Shown piece by piece: positions 1 through 8,885 of a stretch of DNA of 34,077 bases. Within the stretch, counting starts at the first letter, position 1. Each line of letters starts with the position of its first letter. The position numbers and the translations under genes were made by a program. The notes below the pieces were generated by a model that worked only from the letters and a program-made list of their open reading frames with translations, was not told the origin of the DNA and did no database searches. Origin of the DNA: PVC group bacterium (GTDB lineage: Bacteria > Auribacterota > Erginobacteria > Erginobacterales > Erginobacteraceae); NCBI GenBank assembly GCA_043804695.1, contig JAZDIV010000018.1, forward strand, positions 1-34,077, in the 5' to 3' direction.

Positions 1-791
1 CCTTCCACGCCTTTCTCCTGGGCCAGCCATTGCAGGGACAGCCGGTACGTTTCGCCGTCGTGCCGCTTGACGTGGGGATGGGTCGCGCCGAGGATGATGT
101 ACACCACGTTCGGATATCGGGCCAAAATGGCGGGCAGGGCGGCGATGACGTTTTCGATCCCTTTGTTCGCCGAGAGCAATCCAAAGCTGAGCAAGACGAT
201 TTTGCCCTCCACGCCAAACAGGTCTTTGTGGAAACTCGGGTCCACAAACGGTACATCGGGGATGCCGTGCGGGATCAAATCAATCTTCTCTGGCAGCACC
301 CGATAGACCTCCTGCAGGAATTCCGCGCCGCGTTTGCTCATGACGACCAACCGATCGGACAGGGCCGCGACTTCTTCCAACACCCGCCGCTGATCAGGGT
401 CGGGGGCGTGCGGAATAGTGTGCAGGGTCGTGACGATGGGCATGCGCAACTCGCGCAAGAGGGCCAGGATATGACTACCTGCCCGCCCACCGAAGATGCC
501 ATATTCGTGTTGCAGGCACACGAGGTCGACGTTGTTGATATTCAGAAAGTCGGCGGCGCGGCGATACGAGTCGATGTCCTTCTCTGTCAGTTCAAATCGA
601 ACGCGGGCCGGATAGGTGTAGCCAGGCTCGACGTCGTTGACGGGCAGGGCAATGCACGTTGTGTCACCATATTCGGTCGCGATGGCTTCGCACAAGTCGG
701 TGGTGAACGTAGCGATGCCGCACTGGCGCGGCAGGTAGTTGCCGATAAAGGCAATGCGATTGATGGTTGAATGGGTTGAGCTGTGGTCCAT
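1..791 (-). CDS. Glycosyltransferase family 4 protein (mannosyltransferase-like), 3' end beyond window edge
   Basis: Not in the ORF track. Manual minus-strand translation from ATG at 791 (RBS GGAAGGAG upstream): MDHSSTHSTINRIAFIGNYLPRQCGIATFTTDL...LQHEYGIFGG...TTLHT...IPHGIP...SFGLLSANKGIE, open to position 1. Confidence 0.9.
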   Translation of the reverse strand, partial: MDHSSTHSTINRIAFIGNYLPRQCGIATFTTDLCEAIATEYGDTTCIALPVNDVEPGYTYPARVRFELTEKDIDSYRRAADFLNINNVDLVCLQHEYGIFGGRAGSHILALLRELRMPIVTTLHTIPHAPDPDQRRVLEEVAALSDRLVVMSKRGAEFLQEVYRVLPEKIDLIPHGIPDVPFVDPSFHKDLFGVEGKIVLLSFGLLSANKGIENVIAALPAILARYPNVVYIILGATHPHVKRHDGETYRLSLQWLAQEKGVE

Positions 792-1035
792 GACGAATAT
801 CTCCTTCCTGGAATCCCCTGTTGTGATCTCTTGGTCAATCAACGCAAGGAGGCAGTTGCTCTAGTGACCGCCACCGCCGCACCCAGAAAAGATTGGGACC
901 GAGTATTTTCTGTTTGGATGTTGAGCCGCGAGTACATCGTCAAGTGCTATACCAGACGGTTAAGCTACCCCACGCTCTTTGCTCTATTTGCGCGATGATT
1001 GTGAGTTTGCAGGCCCCCACAAATTGTGATAAGCG

Positions 1036-1095
1036 GGCTAACGGATAGTGTTTTATCCCATCGTGCGGAGCATGATGGATAAAACGCGGTTGAAC
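1036..1095. repeat. Imperfect 60-bp hairpin with attC-like ends
   Basis: GGCTAAC...GTGTTTTATCC-C-ATCGTGC-GGA-GCATGAT-GGATAAAACGC-G-GTTGAAC; the stem has one unpaired base. Confidence 0.35.
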
Positions 1096-1474
1096 TGAGC
1101 CGCGTAACCCACGGAGATTACCCAGTTATGGGTATTCTATTGGAAGTGGTGGTGGAGGGCAAGAGCGAATATGGCTTACGGGCATTTGCTGGAGGGGATG
1201 AAGAAGGTAACGAGGGCGGATTTCAGTGAGGGGAAGTGGTAAAGAGTCGGTTTGAGAGAAGTTCCGGAGCAGATGGGGGGAGATTTATCCGACCGTGAGA
1301 CAGAGCCCGGCTCTGGTTGGCGAGAGGTTAAACTTCGATTCCGGTCAGTGAGCTTCATAATCGTCATGCGGCCCGGCGTCCTGGAGGATCATGGCAGCGG
1401 GGGATTGTCTCTCGGGAAAACGGCCGCTCGGAGGGTTCCGGCCCGCGACCGGTCTCTGGGCGATTCGGGGCGTC

Positions 1475-2000
1475 TCACGGGCGTACTTCGGCGCCCGAGG
1501 AGATATCCCGGTGACGAGATAGGCAGTGGGCGGTGGAGAGTGGGGATTGGTTCGGAGATGAGCCCTGCCGGATGAAGCGATCGATCGCCCCGGCGCAGAG
1601 GCGGCCCTGGCTGATCGCGTCCACGACCAGGGAGGCGCCGGCGACGCAGTCCCCGGCCGCGAAGACGGCCGGGGTGCCGGCGGCGAAATCGTCATCAACG
1701 GCGATGGTGCCGCGGCCGTTCAGCCCCAGCCCCAGTTCCTCGATCAGGGGGCCGTGTTCGGGATGCGTGAAGCCGGCGGCGATGACGACCAGGTCGGCCG
1801 GCAACTCGAAGTCGGAACCGGGTATTTCTTTCGCTTTTCCATCCGGTCCCGTCCAGTCAAGCCTGATACACCTGACCCCCGTGACCCGTGTGCCGTTCCC
1901 CGCAAATCCCCGGGCCGCGGCGCCCCAGAGACGTTCACAACCTTCCTCATGGGAGGTGGTGGTCCGGAGGATCCGGGGCCAGGTAGGCCAGGGATTATCC
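1475..2000 (-). pseudogene. gltD: Glutamate synthase small subunit, C-terminal remnant only
   Basis: DNPWPTWPRILRTTTSHEEGCERLW...ADLVVIAAGF...VFAAGDCVAGASLVVDAISQGR matches the GltD C-terminus. The N-terminal Fe-S and FAD-binding parts and a start codon are absent. Confidence 0.9.
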
Positions 2001-3083
2001 AGCCGCCGGGCCGTCCCAGGGCTCCATGATGGCGGAATGGTGCTCGTAAAACCCGCGCTTATCCTCACTCATATGATATTTGGAACCCCAGGCCTCGGGG
2101 ATCATCATCATGACGGCATGGGGCAGCGATCGGCCCGCCGTCACCAGCAGCTCGAGAACATTGTCGAAGACGGCCGAATCGCTTCCTCCCTCGACGATGA
2201 TCGGCTTGATTTTTTCCAGGTCGGCCCCGAAGAGGCCGGAGGCGAGATCGGGCTCGCGGCTCCGCATCCGGCTGATATTCCCCCGGAGGGTATTGATCTC
2301 TCCATTATGAGCAACGTACCGGAACGGCTGGGCCAGTTTCCAGGTCGGAAGGGTGTTGGTGCTATACCGCTGATGGATGACCGCGTAGGCACTGGCGAAC
2401 TGCCGGTCTTCCAGGTCCGGGAAGAAAGGGGCTATCTGGGAGGCGGTGAACATCCCCTTATAGACGATGGTCCGGGAGGAAAGGCTGCAGACGTAGAACT
2501 GCTCGTGCCCGTCTCCAATCCGTTCCGGCACCTCTTTCTCCATCCGCCGGCGCATCACGTACAGGGCGCGGGGGAATTTTTCCGGCGGAAGGCTCGCCGC
2601 CCCGATCGCGACCTGGGCCAACCCTGGCTGCGTGGAACGGGCCAGCTCGCCCAACCCCTCCGCCCGGATCGGCACCTCGCGCCATCCCAGGACCCGGCAT
2701 CCTTCCTCCCGCGCTATCGACTCGAAAAGGCGGCGGCACTTTTCCGCCGCCGCCTCGTCCCGGGGCAGAAAAATCATCCCGATCCCGTAACTTCCCGGCT
2801 CCGGCAGCGGCGCTGATAGATGACTGAACTCCCGGCGGAAGAACCCGTCCGGTATGCCGGTCAGGATGCCGGCCCCATCCCCGGTGTTCATGTCCCCGCC
2901 GATCGCGCCCCGGTGTTCGAGGTTGACCAGGACCGTGAGGGCGTCCCGGATCAGGGAGTGGCGGGGCCGCCCGGAGAGATCGGCGATGAATCCAACACCG
3001 CAGCTGTCCTGCTCGGAGGATGTGTCGTAGATGCCGTTGGAGCGCGGCGGATCAAAACCGGTCTCATTGAGGGAAGAGTTCAT
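1995..3083 (-). pseudogene. gltB: Glutamate synthase large subunit, N-terminal remnant (most of the amidotransferase domain)
   Basis: DSCGVGFIA, HRGA, GDGAG, HQRYSTNT, HNGEINT and EPWDGPA motifs; stops at codon 362, whereas GltB is about 1500 aa. Confidence 0.92.
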
Positions 3084-3103
3084 TTGCTTGCCAGGATGGT
3101 AAA

Positions 3104-3294
3104 AACCACGAAGAACACCAAGGACACGAAGCAGGGAAAAAGCTGGTTAAAATCTGATACTTTCCCCCTTATTTTCGTGGCCTTCGTGCTGACGCCGTCG
3201 GCCATAGCCTTGCGCCTCCGCCGTAGCGGCTATGACGCACAGGCGGATGACATCGGCCGAAGCGCTACGGCACGCAAGCGTGTACTTCGTGGTG
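3104..3294. repeat. Inverted pair of CACGAAG 9-mer tandem arms, right arm interrupted by a GC-rich palindromic insert
   Basis: AACCACGAAGAACACCAAGGACACGAAG (3104-3131) ... TTCGTGGCCTTCGTG[~90 bp]CGTGTACTTCGTGGTG. Confidence 0.8.
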
Positions 3295-3344
3295 AGCAGT
3301 ATGTGCTGTCTGTGAGGAACTTTTGTATTAAAACATAACGATGT

Positions 3345-4667
3345 CTATAAAATCGGGAGATATTTCTCCAGCTCGTACCTGGTGACCTGGATCCGGTAGT
3401 TGTCCCACTCGATCTCCTTGTTCTCGACGAATTTTTCGAACATGTGCTCACCCAGCGTCTCCTTTACCAGGTCGCTCTTGCTCACCTCCCGGATGGCCGC
3501 GTAGAGATTCCCGGGGAGCGGGATGATCCCCCGCTTCTCCTTCTCTTCCGGTGACATCTGGAAGATGTTCTCCTCGATCGGCGCGGGGAGATCGTACTTC
3601 CGCTCAATCCCGGCCAGCCCCGCCGCCAGCATGACCGCGAAGGCCAGGTAGGGGTTGCAGGCGGGGTCCGGCGCCCGGAACTCGATCCGGGTCGCCATTT
3701 CTTTGCCCGGCAGGTACATCGGGACCCGAATCATCGTCGACCGGTTCCGACGGGCCCATGAATTATAGACCGGCGCTTCATAGCCGGGGACCAGACGCTT
3801 GTAGGAGTTCACCCACTGGTTGGTCACCGCGATAATCTCGGGGGCGTGTTTCATGATACCGGCGATGTATTGCTTGGCTATGACCGAGAGGTTATAATCA
3901 TCCTTCGCGTCAAAGAAAGCGTTGGTGTTGCCTTTCAGCAGCGACTGGTGAACGTGCATGCCGCTCCCGTTCTCAGTCAGGATGGGCTTGGGCATGAAGG
4001 TCGCGTGGACACCGTTTCTCCGCGCGATCTCCTTGGTCACGAACCGGAGTGTCATCACGTTGTCGGCCATGATCATGGCGTCGTTGTGTCGGAGGTCCAC
4101 CTCGTGCTGGCTGGGAGCGACCTCGTGGTGGGTGCACTCGGTCTTTATTCCCATCGCCTCCAGAGCCTGGGCGGTCTCCCTCCGCAGGTCGGTTCCCCGG
4201 TCGGGCGGCGTCAGGTCAAAGTACCCGCTCATGTCCAGGCATTCGGGCGCCCGGTCGCTTTTGAAATAGAAGTACTCCATCTCGGGTCCGACGTGATAGA
4301 CGTATCCCATCCCGGCGGCTTTCTCCACCATCTTCCTGAGGACGTAGCGGGGATCCCCCGGATACGGGTTTCCGTATGGGTCCTGGACGTCGCAGATCAA
4401 CCGGGCGACCGGTCCTTCATCGGGGACCCAGGGCAGGATCTGAAAGGTGGACGGATCGGGCATCGCTATCACGTCGCTCTCCTCGATCCGCGCGAACCCC
4501 TCGATTGAAGAGCCGTCAAACCCGATCCCCTCCGCCAGCCCCCCCGCCAGCTCGGAGTCCGAGATCTCCATGCTCTTCAGCCGGCCCAGAATATCGGTGA
4601 ACCAGAGCTGAATGTGCCTGATATTCTTCTCTTTAACTGTTTCCAGTATGCGTTTTTTCTCTGCCAT
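3345..4667 (-). CDS. glnA: Glutamine synthetase type I (GSI-alpha-like)
   Basis: FDGSSIEGF, GPEMEYF, HHEVAPSQHEV, ATFMPKP, NGSGMHVHQSL, SYKRLVPGYEAP, RIEFRAPDPACNPYLA; 440 aa. Confidence 0.97.
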   Translation of the reverse strand: MAEKKRILETVKEKNIRHIQLWFTDILGRLKSMEISDSELAGGLAEGIGFDGSSIEGFARIEESDVIAMPDPSTFQILPWVPDEGPVARLICDVQDPYGNPYPGDPRYVLRKMVEKAAGMGYVYHVGPEMEYFYFKSDRAPECLDMSGYFDLTPPDRGTDLRRETAQALEAMGIKTECTHHEVAPSQHEVDLRHNDAMIMADNVMTLRFVTKEIARRNGVHATFMPKPILTENGSGMHVHQSLLKGNTNAFFDAKDDYNLSVIAKQYIAGIMKHAPEIIAVTNQWVNSYKRLVPGYEAPVYNSWARRNRSTMIRVPMYLPGKEMATRIEFRAPDPACNPYLAFAVMLAAGLAGIERKYDLPAPIEENIFQMSPEEKEKRGIIPLPGNLYAAIREVSKSDLVKETLGEHMFEKFVENKEIEWDNYRIQVTRYELEKYLPIL

Positions 4668-4707
4668 TTTTATCTCCCGTATAATTCAGTTTGAGTATAT
4701 TCGTGGC

Positions 4708-4736
4708 AATTTAACAGATAGCGTGGCATCACGCAA
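4708..4736 (-). promoter_or_regulatory. Putative sigma70 promoter of glnA
   Basis: Minus strand TTGCGT-17 bp-TAAATT with extended TGn, about 40 bp upstream of the ATG. Confidence 0.5.
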
Positions 4737-4770
4737 GCAGAGAAAAAACTGTCTAAGGGAAAACTGTCTA

Positions 4771-4799
4771 CCTTCGTGTTCTTCGTGCTCTTCGTGGTG
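4771..4799. repeat. Solo CACGAAG-family tandem arm
   Basis: CCTTCGTGTTCTTCGTGCTCTTCGTGGTG, nearly identical to 22271-22299. Confidence 0.85.
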
Positions 4800-4812
4800 A
4801 AATAATGACGTA

Positions 4813-5142
4813 TCAGTTCACCAGGTTGGTCAGCTTCCGGTTGATGAAGGTGAGGATGACCGTCCCCCCGGTAAACTTTCCGATCGGGGTGTCATAGGAC
4901 CAGATCTCCTGGTTGCCGCTCTCCGTGATGGAAAGGGTCTCGCGGTCGGGATCGCCCCAGGACGCCCTGACGTCATCGGCGGTCATCCCCTCCGCAATTC
5001 TGCCTTCCATGATCGCCTTTGCGAGATCGCCGCTCAGTCCGGGATGCTCATCCACATAATCCTGCCGCCGCTGGTGCGGTGTGACGCATGCCGGCAGCAC
5101 GATCAGGGCTATCAGGGTCAGGATCAACCACCCGTGTTTCAT
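4813..5142 (-). CDS. Small lipoprotein, SmpA/BamE-like
   Basis: Signal peptide with lipobox LPAC; GMTADDVRASWGDP...EIWSY pattern; RBS GAGGAG. Confidence 0.75.
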   Translation of the reverse strand: MKHGWLILTLIALIVLPACVTPHQRRQDYVDEHPGLSGDLAKAIMEGRIAEGMTADDVRASWGDPDRETLSITESGNQEIWSYDTPIGKFTGGTVILTFINRKLTNLVN

Positions 5143-5398
5143 CGATCTACTCCTCTTTAGTTTTTATTGTGAGAGCTGAATCGCTTGCGTATCCCCCATC
5201 GTCGCGGATAAACTCAGTATTACATAATGATCCGGGCACGTCAATCCCGGTGATGACCGGTCAAGATGTGCTCCCGCGGAGCATATTATGCCTGCCGGCA
5301 TGATGGCTTCCCTGATTTTCCGATCTGTTTCACCCGCCGGAACGATATTTCTGTCATCAGCTCGCTCGGGGTTTCTATCTGACATCACGTCGGCCGTT

Positions 5399-6619
5399 TC
5401 ACCCCTGCGGCAGCACGGTCGCCAGCCAGCCAAAGACCCGCTGGTCGTAGAGACCCCGGGCCATCGGCTCGCAGTGCCAGTTCGCGCCCTCCTCCCCGGT
5501 GAAGCGGACGATGGTTTTGGAACAGGTCAAGGTGTCATAAACCTCCCGCGACTGACCGGGCCAGAACTGCTCGTCATCCGGGTCGGCGATCAGCATCGGG
5601 CACCGGATCTCCGAAATGACGTCCCGGGCGTTGTAGCGCAGGGCTTCGGTCATCCAGTCAAAGACATTCTTCGTGCAGTAGGGCTTCATCCGGAACTCGA
5701 GCTCCTGCCGCGCGGCCTTCCCCATGAAGTGCTCTCCCATACGGAACTGCTTTTCGAACTTCGCGCGGTCGCCTTCCCGGAGCGCCCTGCGCATGCCGCC
5801 GGGGAGTTTCTCCATCATCGCGGTCGAGACATCCATCACCCCCGGGTCGGCGATCCCGGCGGCTATCCGGTGCTCGAAGGCGAGCGCCCGGAGTACCCAG
5901 TAGCCGCCCTGGCTGATCCCGGAGAGGACGATCCGTTCCGGGTCCGTGTCTCCGCGGGCGAGGAGGAAGTCGACGACCGGCGTGATGACCTTCTCCCAGT
6001 CGTAACGGAAGGATATGTTGTGCAGCCAGAGGAGGGAGTTTTGCCCGGGACCGTCGAAGGTCAGGGCCGCGTACCCCCGCTCCAGCGCCCCGGCGATCCC
6101 GCCCGCCCACATGGCGCTGACCGGTCCGTCGGAGCCGTTGTTGAAGATGATCAGGGGGAGCGGCCCCTTTTTCCCGTCCGGGCGGAAGAGATATCCCGGC
6201 ATGGGAACATTCTCGTAGGGGATTTCCACCTTCTCGGCGGGGGGAGATAGGCGTCCGCAGAACTCATCCCAGCATTCTCGATGCTCCTTCCAGGTCGGAA
6301 GGAGCCGGCCGGGGTCATCGGTGCCATCGACCATGCTGCTGGCGGTCGCGAAGCAGTTTGATGCCCGCAACCACGCCCACAGCGCACCGGCCCGGTCGCC
6401 GGCTTGGTCGCAGCCCCGGGCGATCTCCCGGACTCGTGCAGCCGTGGTATACCATTCCTGGTACCAGCTCTCGAAATCCCCGTCGCGGATCCGGGAGCAG
6501 ATGGAGAGGACCTCTCCGGCGTCGGCTCCCCTGTAATAGCAGGAACCCAGGGCGATCAGGGTTCCGAAGTTCATCCCCGGGTGTTTGAAAAAGTACTGCT
6601 TCTCCTTGAGTTCTTTCAT
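5399..6619 (-). CDS. Alpha/beta hydrolase family protein (FrsA / peptidase S9-like esterase)
   Basis: GISQGG nucleophile elbow, FDGPGQ, C-terminal GANWHCE histidine; RBS GGAGG. Confidence 0.88.
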   Translation of the reverse strand: MKELKEKQYFFKHPGMNFGTLIALGSCYYRGADAGEVLSICSRIRDGDFESWYQEWYTTAARVREIARGCDQAGDRAGALWAWLRASNCFATASSMVDGTDDPGRLLPTWKEHRECWDEFCGRLSPPAEKVEIPYENVPMPGYLFRPDGKKGPLPLIIFNNGSDGPVSAMWAGGIAGALERGYAALTFDGPGQNSLLWLHNISFRYDWEKVITPVVDFLLARGDTDPERIVLSGISQGGYWVLRALAFEHRIAAGIADPGVMDVSTAMMEKLPGGMRRALREGDRAKFEKQFRMGEHFMGKAARQELEFRMKPYCTKNVFDWMTEALRYNARDVISEIRCPMLIADPDDEQFWPGQSREVYDTLTCSKTIVRFTGEEGANWHCEPMARGLYDQRVFGWLATVLPQG

Positions 6620-6703
6620 GGGGGGGACCTCCGATATGAAGAAGATCAGTGCTTAAAGATTGTAACATTTGACGGTATGGAGTAATGGAGTGATGGAAAA
6701 ATC

Positions 6704-6785
6704 TTCTCGCTACCACGCTCTGCGTGGTAGCGAAGATATGTAGAATAGAATCATTCCGTTCCCACGCAGAGCGTGGGAACGAGAA
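6704..6785. repeat. REP-like doublet (two inverted hairpins)
   Basis: TTCTCGCTACCACGCTCTGCGTGGTAGCG ... CGTTCCCACGCAGAGCGTGGGAACGAGAA. Confidence 0.8.
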
Positions 6786-6826
6786 TTTTGATACATTTGT
6801 GTCTATCTTTTAAAATTCCGAAACAG

Positions 6827-6855
6827 TAAATTAGCGAGCAGAGCTCGCTAATTTA
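6827..6855. repeat. 29-bp palindrome TAAATTAGC-N11-GCTAATTTA, copy 1 (possible terminator)
   Basis: TAAATTAGCGAGC-AGA-GCTCGCTAATTTA; overlaps the stop codon of 6853..7332. Confidence 0.7.
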
Positions 6856-7332
6856 TTCTCTGGTGAAGCGGAAATCGCAGGTCGGCGCGCCCTCCATAAT
6901 GGTCTGAGTCCTGATCAGCTTAATGAGCGGGTTGAACCCCTCGGTAAAGGCCTCGTCCCGGCTGCAGGAGAGGCAGGAGCCGAGTTCCCTCATCTTCAGG
7001 CGGTCGTAGAGCTCGGCATAACGGCAGCGGACAACATCGAAGCTCAATTTCCGGTCCGTTTCTTCCAGCATTTTGATGCTGATCGCGTCGTCTTCCGCCC
7101 ACACCTCTTTGACCACCCGGGCCAGTTCCTCCAGGGTGCTGGACCCGTACCGCTCGGCCATCCGCCGGCCGTCGATGATGGCATCCGCCCGGATGGCCGA
7201 GGCAGCTACTTCAATGGCCTTCTCCCGGCCGATCTCAACCCCAAGACCCCTGATCAGAACCGCGGCCACCGGGGCCTGTATCTCCCTCCGCTGAAGATGA
7301 CTGATCTTCTTTCCGGTATCTTTTTCGTTCAT
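6853..7332 (-). CDS. L-2-amino-thiazoline-4-carboxylic acid hydrolase family protein
   Basis: FDVVRCRYAELY...LSCSRD...RTQTIMEGAPTCDFRF three-Cys pattern; RBS GGAGG. Confidence 0.85.
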   Translation of the reverse strand: MNEKDTGKKISHLQRREIQAPVAAVLIRGLGVEIGREKAIEVAASAIRADAIIDGRRMAERYGSSTLEELARVVKEVWAEDDAISIKMLEETDRKLSFDVVRCRYAELYDRLKMRELGSCLSCSRDEAFTEGFNPLIKLIRTQTIMEGAPTCDFRFTRE

Positions 7333-7700
7333 CCGTTATCCCTCCGTTGGTAGCTGGTTTATAACGCTGTTATGGAATCACCGGCATTATACAATACCCA
7401 TCTCGTTAACAAAAGCCGAAACAAATCAATTATCGCGCGGCCGTATTTTGACTTCTACGTCGATAGATGATTACCAACCAAATCCAAGACTGGAATGAAC
7501 TTCGCTATAAAATATTGAATGACATAATCCGAGGTGCGCAAGTAATCTATTAAACAAGTCTTGATCTAAAGTATATTATACGTGCTCAGAGAGAACGAGC
7601 ATGGAGTATGGGGACCTGGTTTCGGGCCATGTATTGTTTTGCGCAAACTCATCAGCACCCGTTTTTCAATAGTCTGAAATTTAGAACAAAGGAGATTGTC

Positions 7701-8785
7701 ATGAGATACGCTTGTTGTTTTATTACTGGATGACTGTCGGTATTTTCTATTCTTAGCGAAAGCAAAGCAAATGACGGTTCGATTTTGGCTTGGGGATATA
7801 ACAACGATGGCGAATGCAACGTCCCGTCGCCCAACACCGGGTTTATCGCGGTCGCCGGAGGTGCCTGGCATGGCCTAGGGCTGAAGTCCGCTGGTTCGAT
7901 TGTGGCCTGGGGATTGAACTCCCTCGGCCAATGCAATGTCCCGTCGCCCAACACCGGATTTATCGCGGTCGCCGGAGGCGGACAGTTTAGCCTCGGGCTG
8001 AAGTCCGGCTCATCTCCCATCTCGGACTACCGGGTGCTGGCAGGGGGGGATTATAACGGGGACGGGAAGTCTGACATCGCCATCTTCCGGCCCTCGTCCG
8101 GCCTCTGGTCGGTCCGGGGTATAACAAGGGTCTACTTCGGCGGCTCATCCGAGGTCCCGGTACCGGGTGATTACGTGGGAGACGGGAGAACCGAGATTGC
8201 CATCTTCCGGCCCTCAACCGGCCTCTGGGCCTATCGGGCGTCCTCGGGTGCGACCGGGCGTCTTTACTACGGCGGGAGCGGGGACACCCCGGTCCCTGCC
8301 GATTATACCGGTGACGGGACCACCAATGTGGCGATCTTCCGACCTTCCAGCGGACTCTGGTCCATCGGTGGCATGGGGAGGTACTATTTCGGAAAATCTG
8401 GTGACTATCCGGTTCCGGCTGATTACGGGGGCTCCAGTGCTTGCGAGATTGCAATCTTCAGGGAATCGTCAGGACTGTGGGCCATGATAAGCGGAGCACG
8501 AGCTTATTTCGGAACCTCCGGAGACATTCCGGTTCCTATGGATCTTGACGGTGACGGCGACTGCGGGGCCGGCATCTTCCGACCTTCCAGCGGACTATGG
8601 GCCATCAAGGGAGCGACAAGATGCTATTTCGGCGCCGGTTCAGACCAGCCGGTTCCCGCCGACTATAATGGTCTGGGCGGCGATGAAATCGGCATCTTCC
8701 GGCAGAGTTCGGGCTTATGGTCGATCCGGGGGGGGGGAACCGGTATTACTTTGGCCGGAGCGGTGATATCGCGGTGACGAAATAA
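7701..8785 (+). pseudogene. Secreted protein with two RCC1-like repeats and an FG-GAP/VCBS-like repeat domain; in-frame TGA and G-tract frameshift
   Basis: RBS AAGGAG and ATG 7701 are in frame with ORF 7785..8777. TGA at 7731-7733 lies in the signal peptide. Two 39-aa GSIxAWG..CNVPSPNTGFIAVAGG repeats and several DYxGDG..IAIFRPSSGLW repeats follow. The repeat-like ending NRYYFGRSGDIAVTK* is in another frame after G10 (8728-8737). Confidence 0.8.
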
Positions 8786-8844
8786 AGACCGAGCGTTTCA
8801 GGGAGATCGCCCCTGTCTGTGTCCCCTGGCGCCGGCCGGTTTTT

Positions 8845-8884
8845 AACTTTAGGCACTTTTAACTTTAGCGCACTTTAGGCACTT
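8845..8884. repeat. ACTTTAGGC 9-mer tandem arm, copy 1
   Basis: AACTTTAGGCACTTTTAACTTTAGCGCACTTTAGGCACTT, 1 bp past the stop of the minus-strand gene ending at 8886. Confidence 0.85.
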
Positions 8885-8885
8885 C

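Noticed and set aside
30..770. 246-aa plus-strand ORF
   Set aside because: Antisense shadow of the GT4 glycosyltransferase, which has an RBS and recognisable motifs on the minus strand.
1108..1222. Short plus-strand frame ...LWVFYWKWWWRARANMAYGHLLEGMKKVTRADFSEGKW*
   Set aside because: It looks like a possible gene tail but is preceded by a stop, has no start or RBS, and I cannot assign a family.
1475..3083. Programmed frameshift producing a functional mini GltB-GltD fusion
   Set aside because: There is no slippery sequence at the junction and both catalytic cores are missing; a deletion or misassembly is simpler.
1533..3338. Long plus-strand ORFs 1533..2816 and 2820..3338
   Set aside because: Shadows of gltD/gltB in GC-rich DNA; the TTKNTKDTK stretch is just the translated CACGAAG repeat.
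7731..7733. Selenocysteine or alternative-code readthrough of TGA
   Set aside because: The codon lies in a hydrophobic signal peptide, no SECIS-like hairpin is evident, and TGA is used as a normal stop by many genes in the window.
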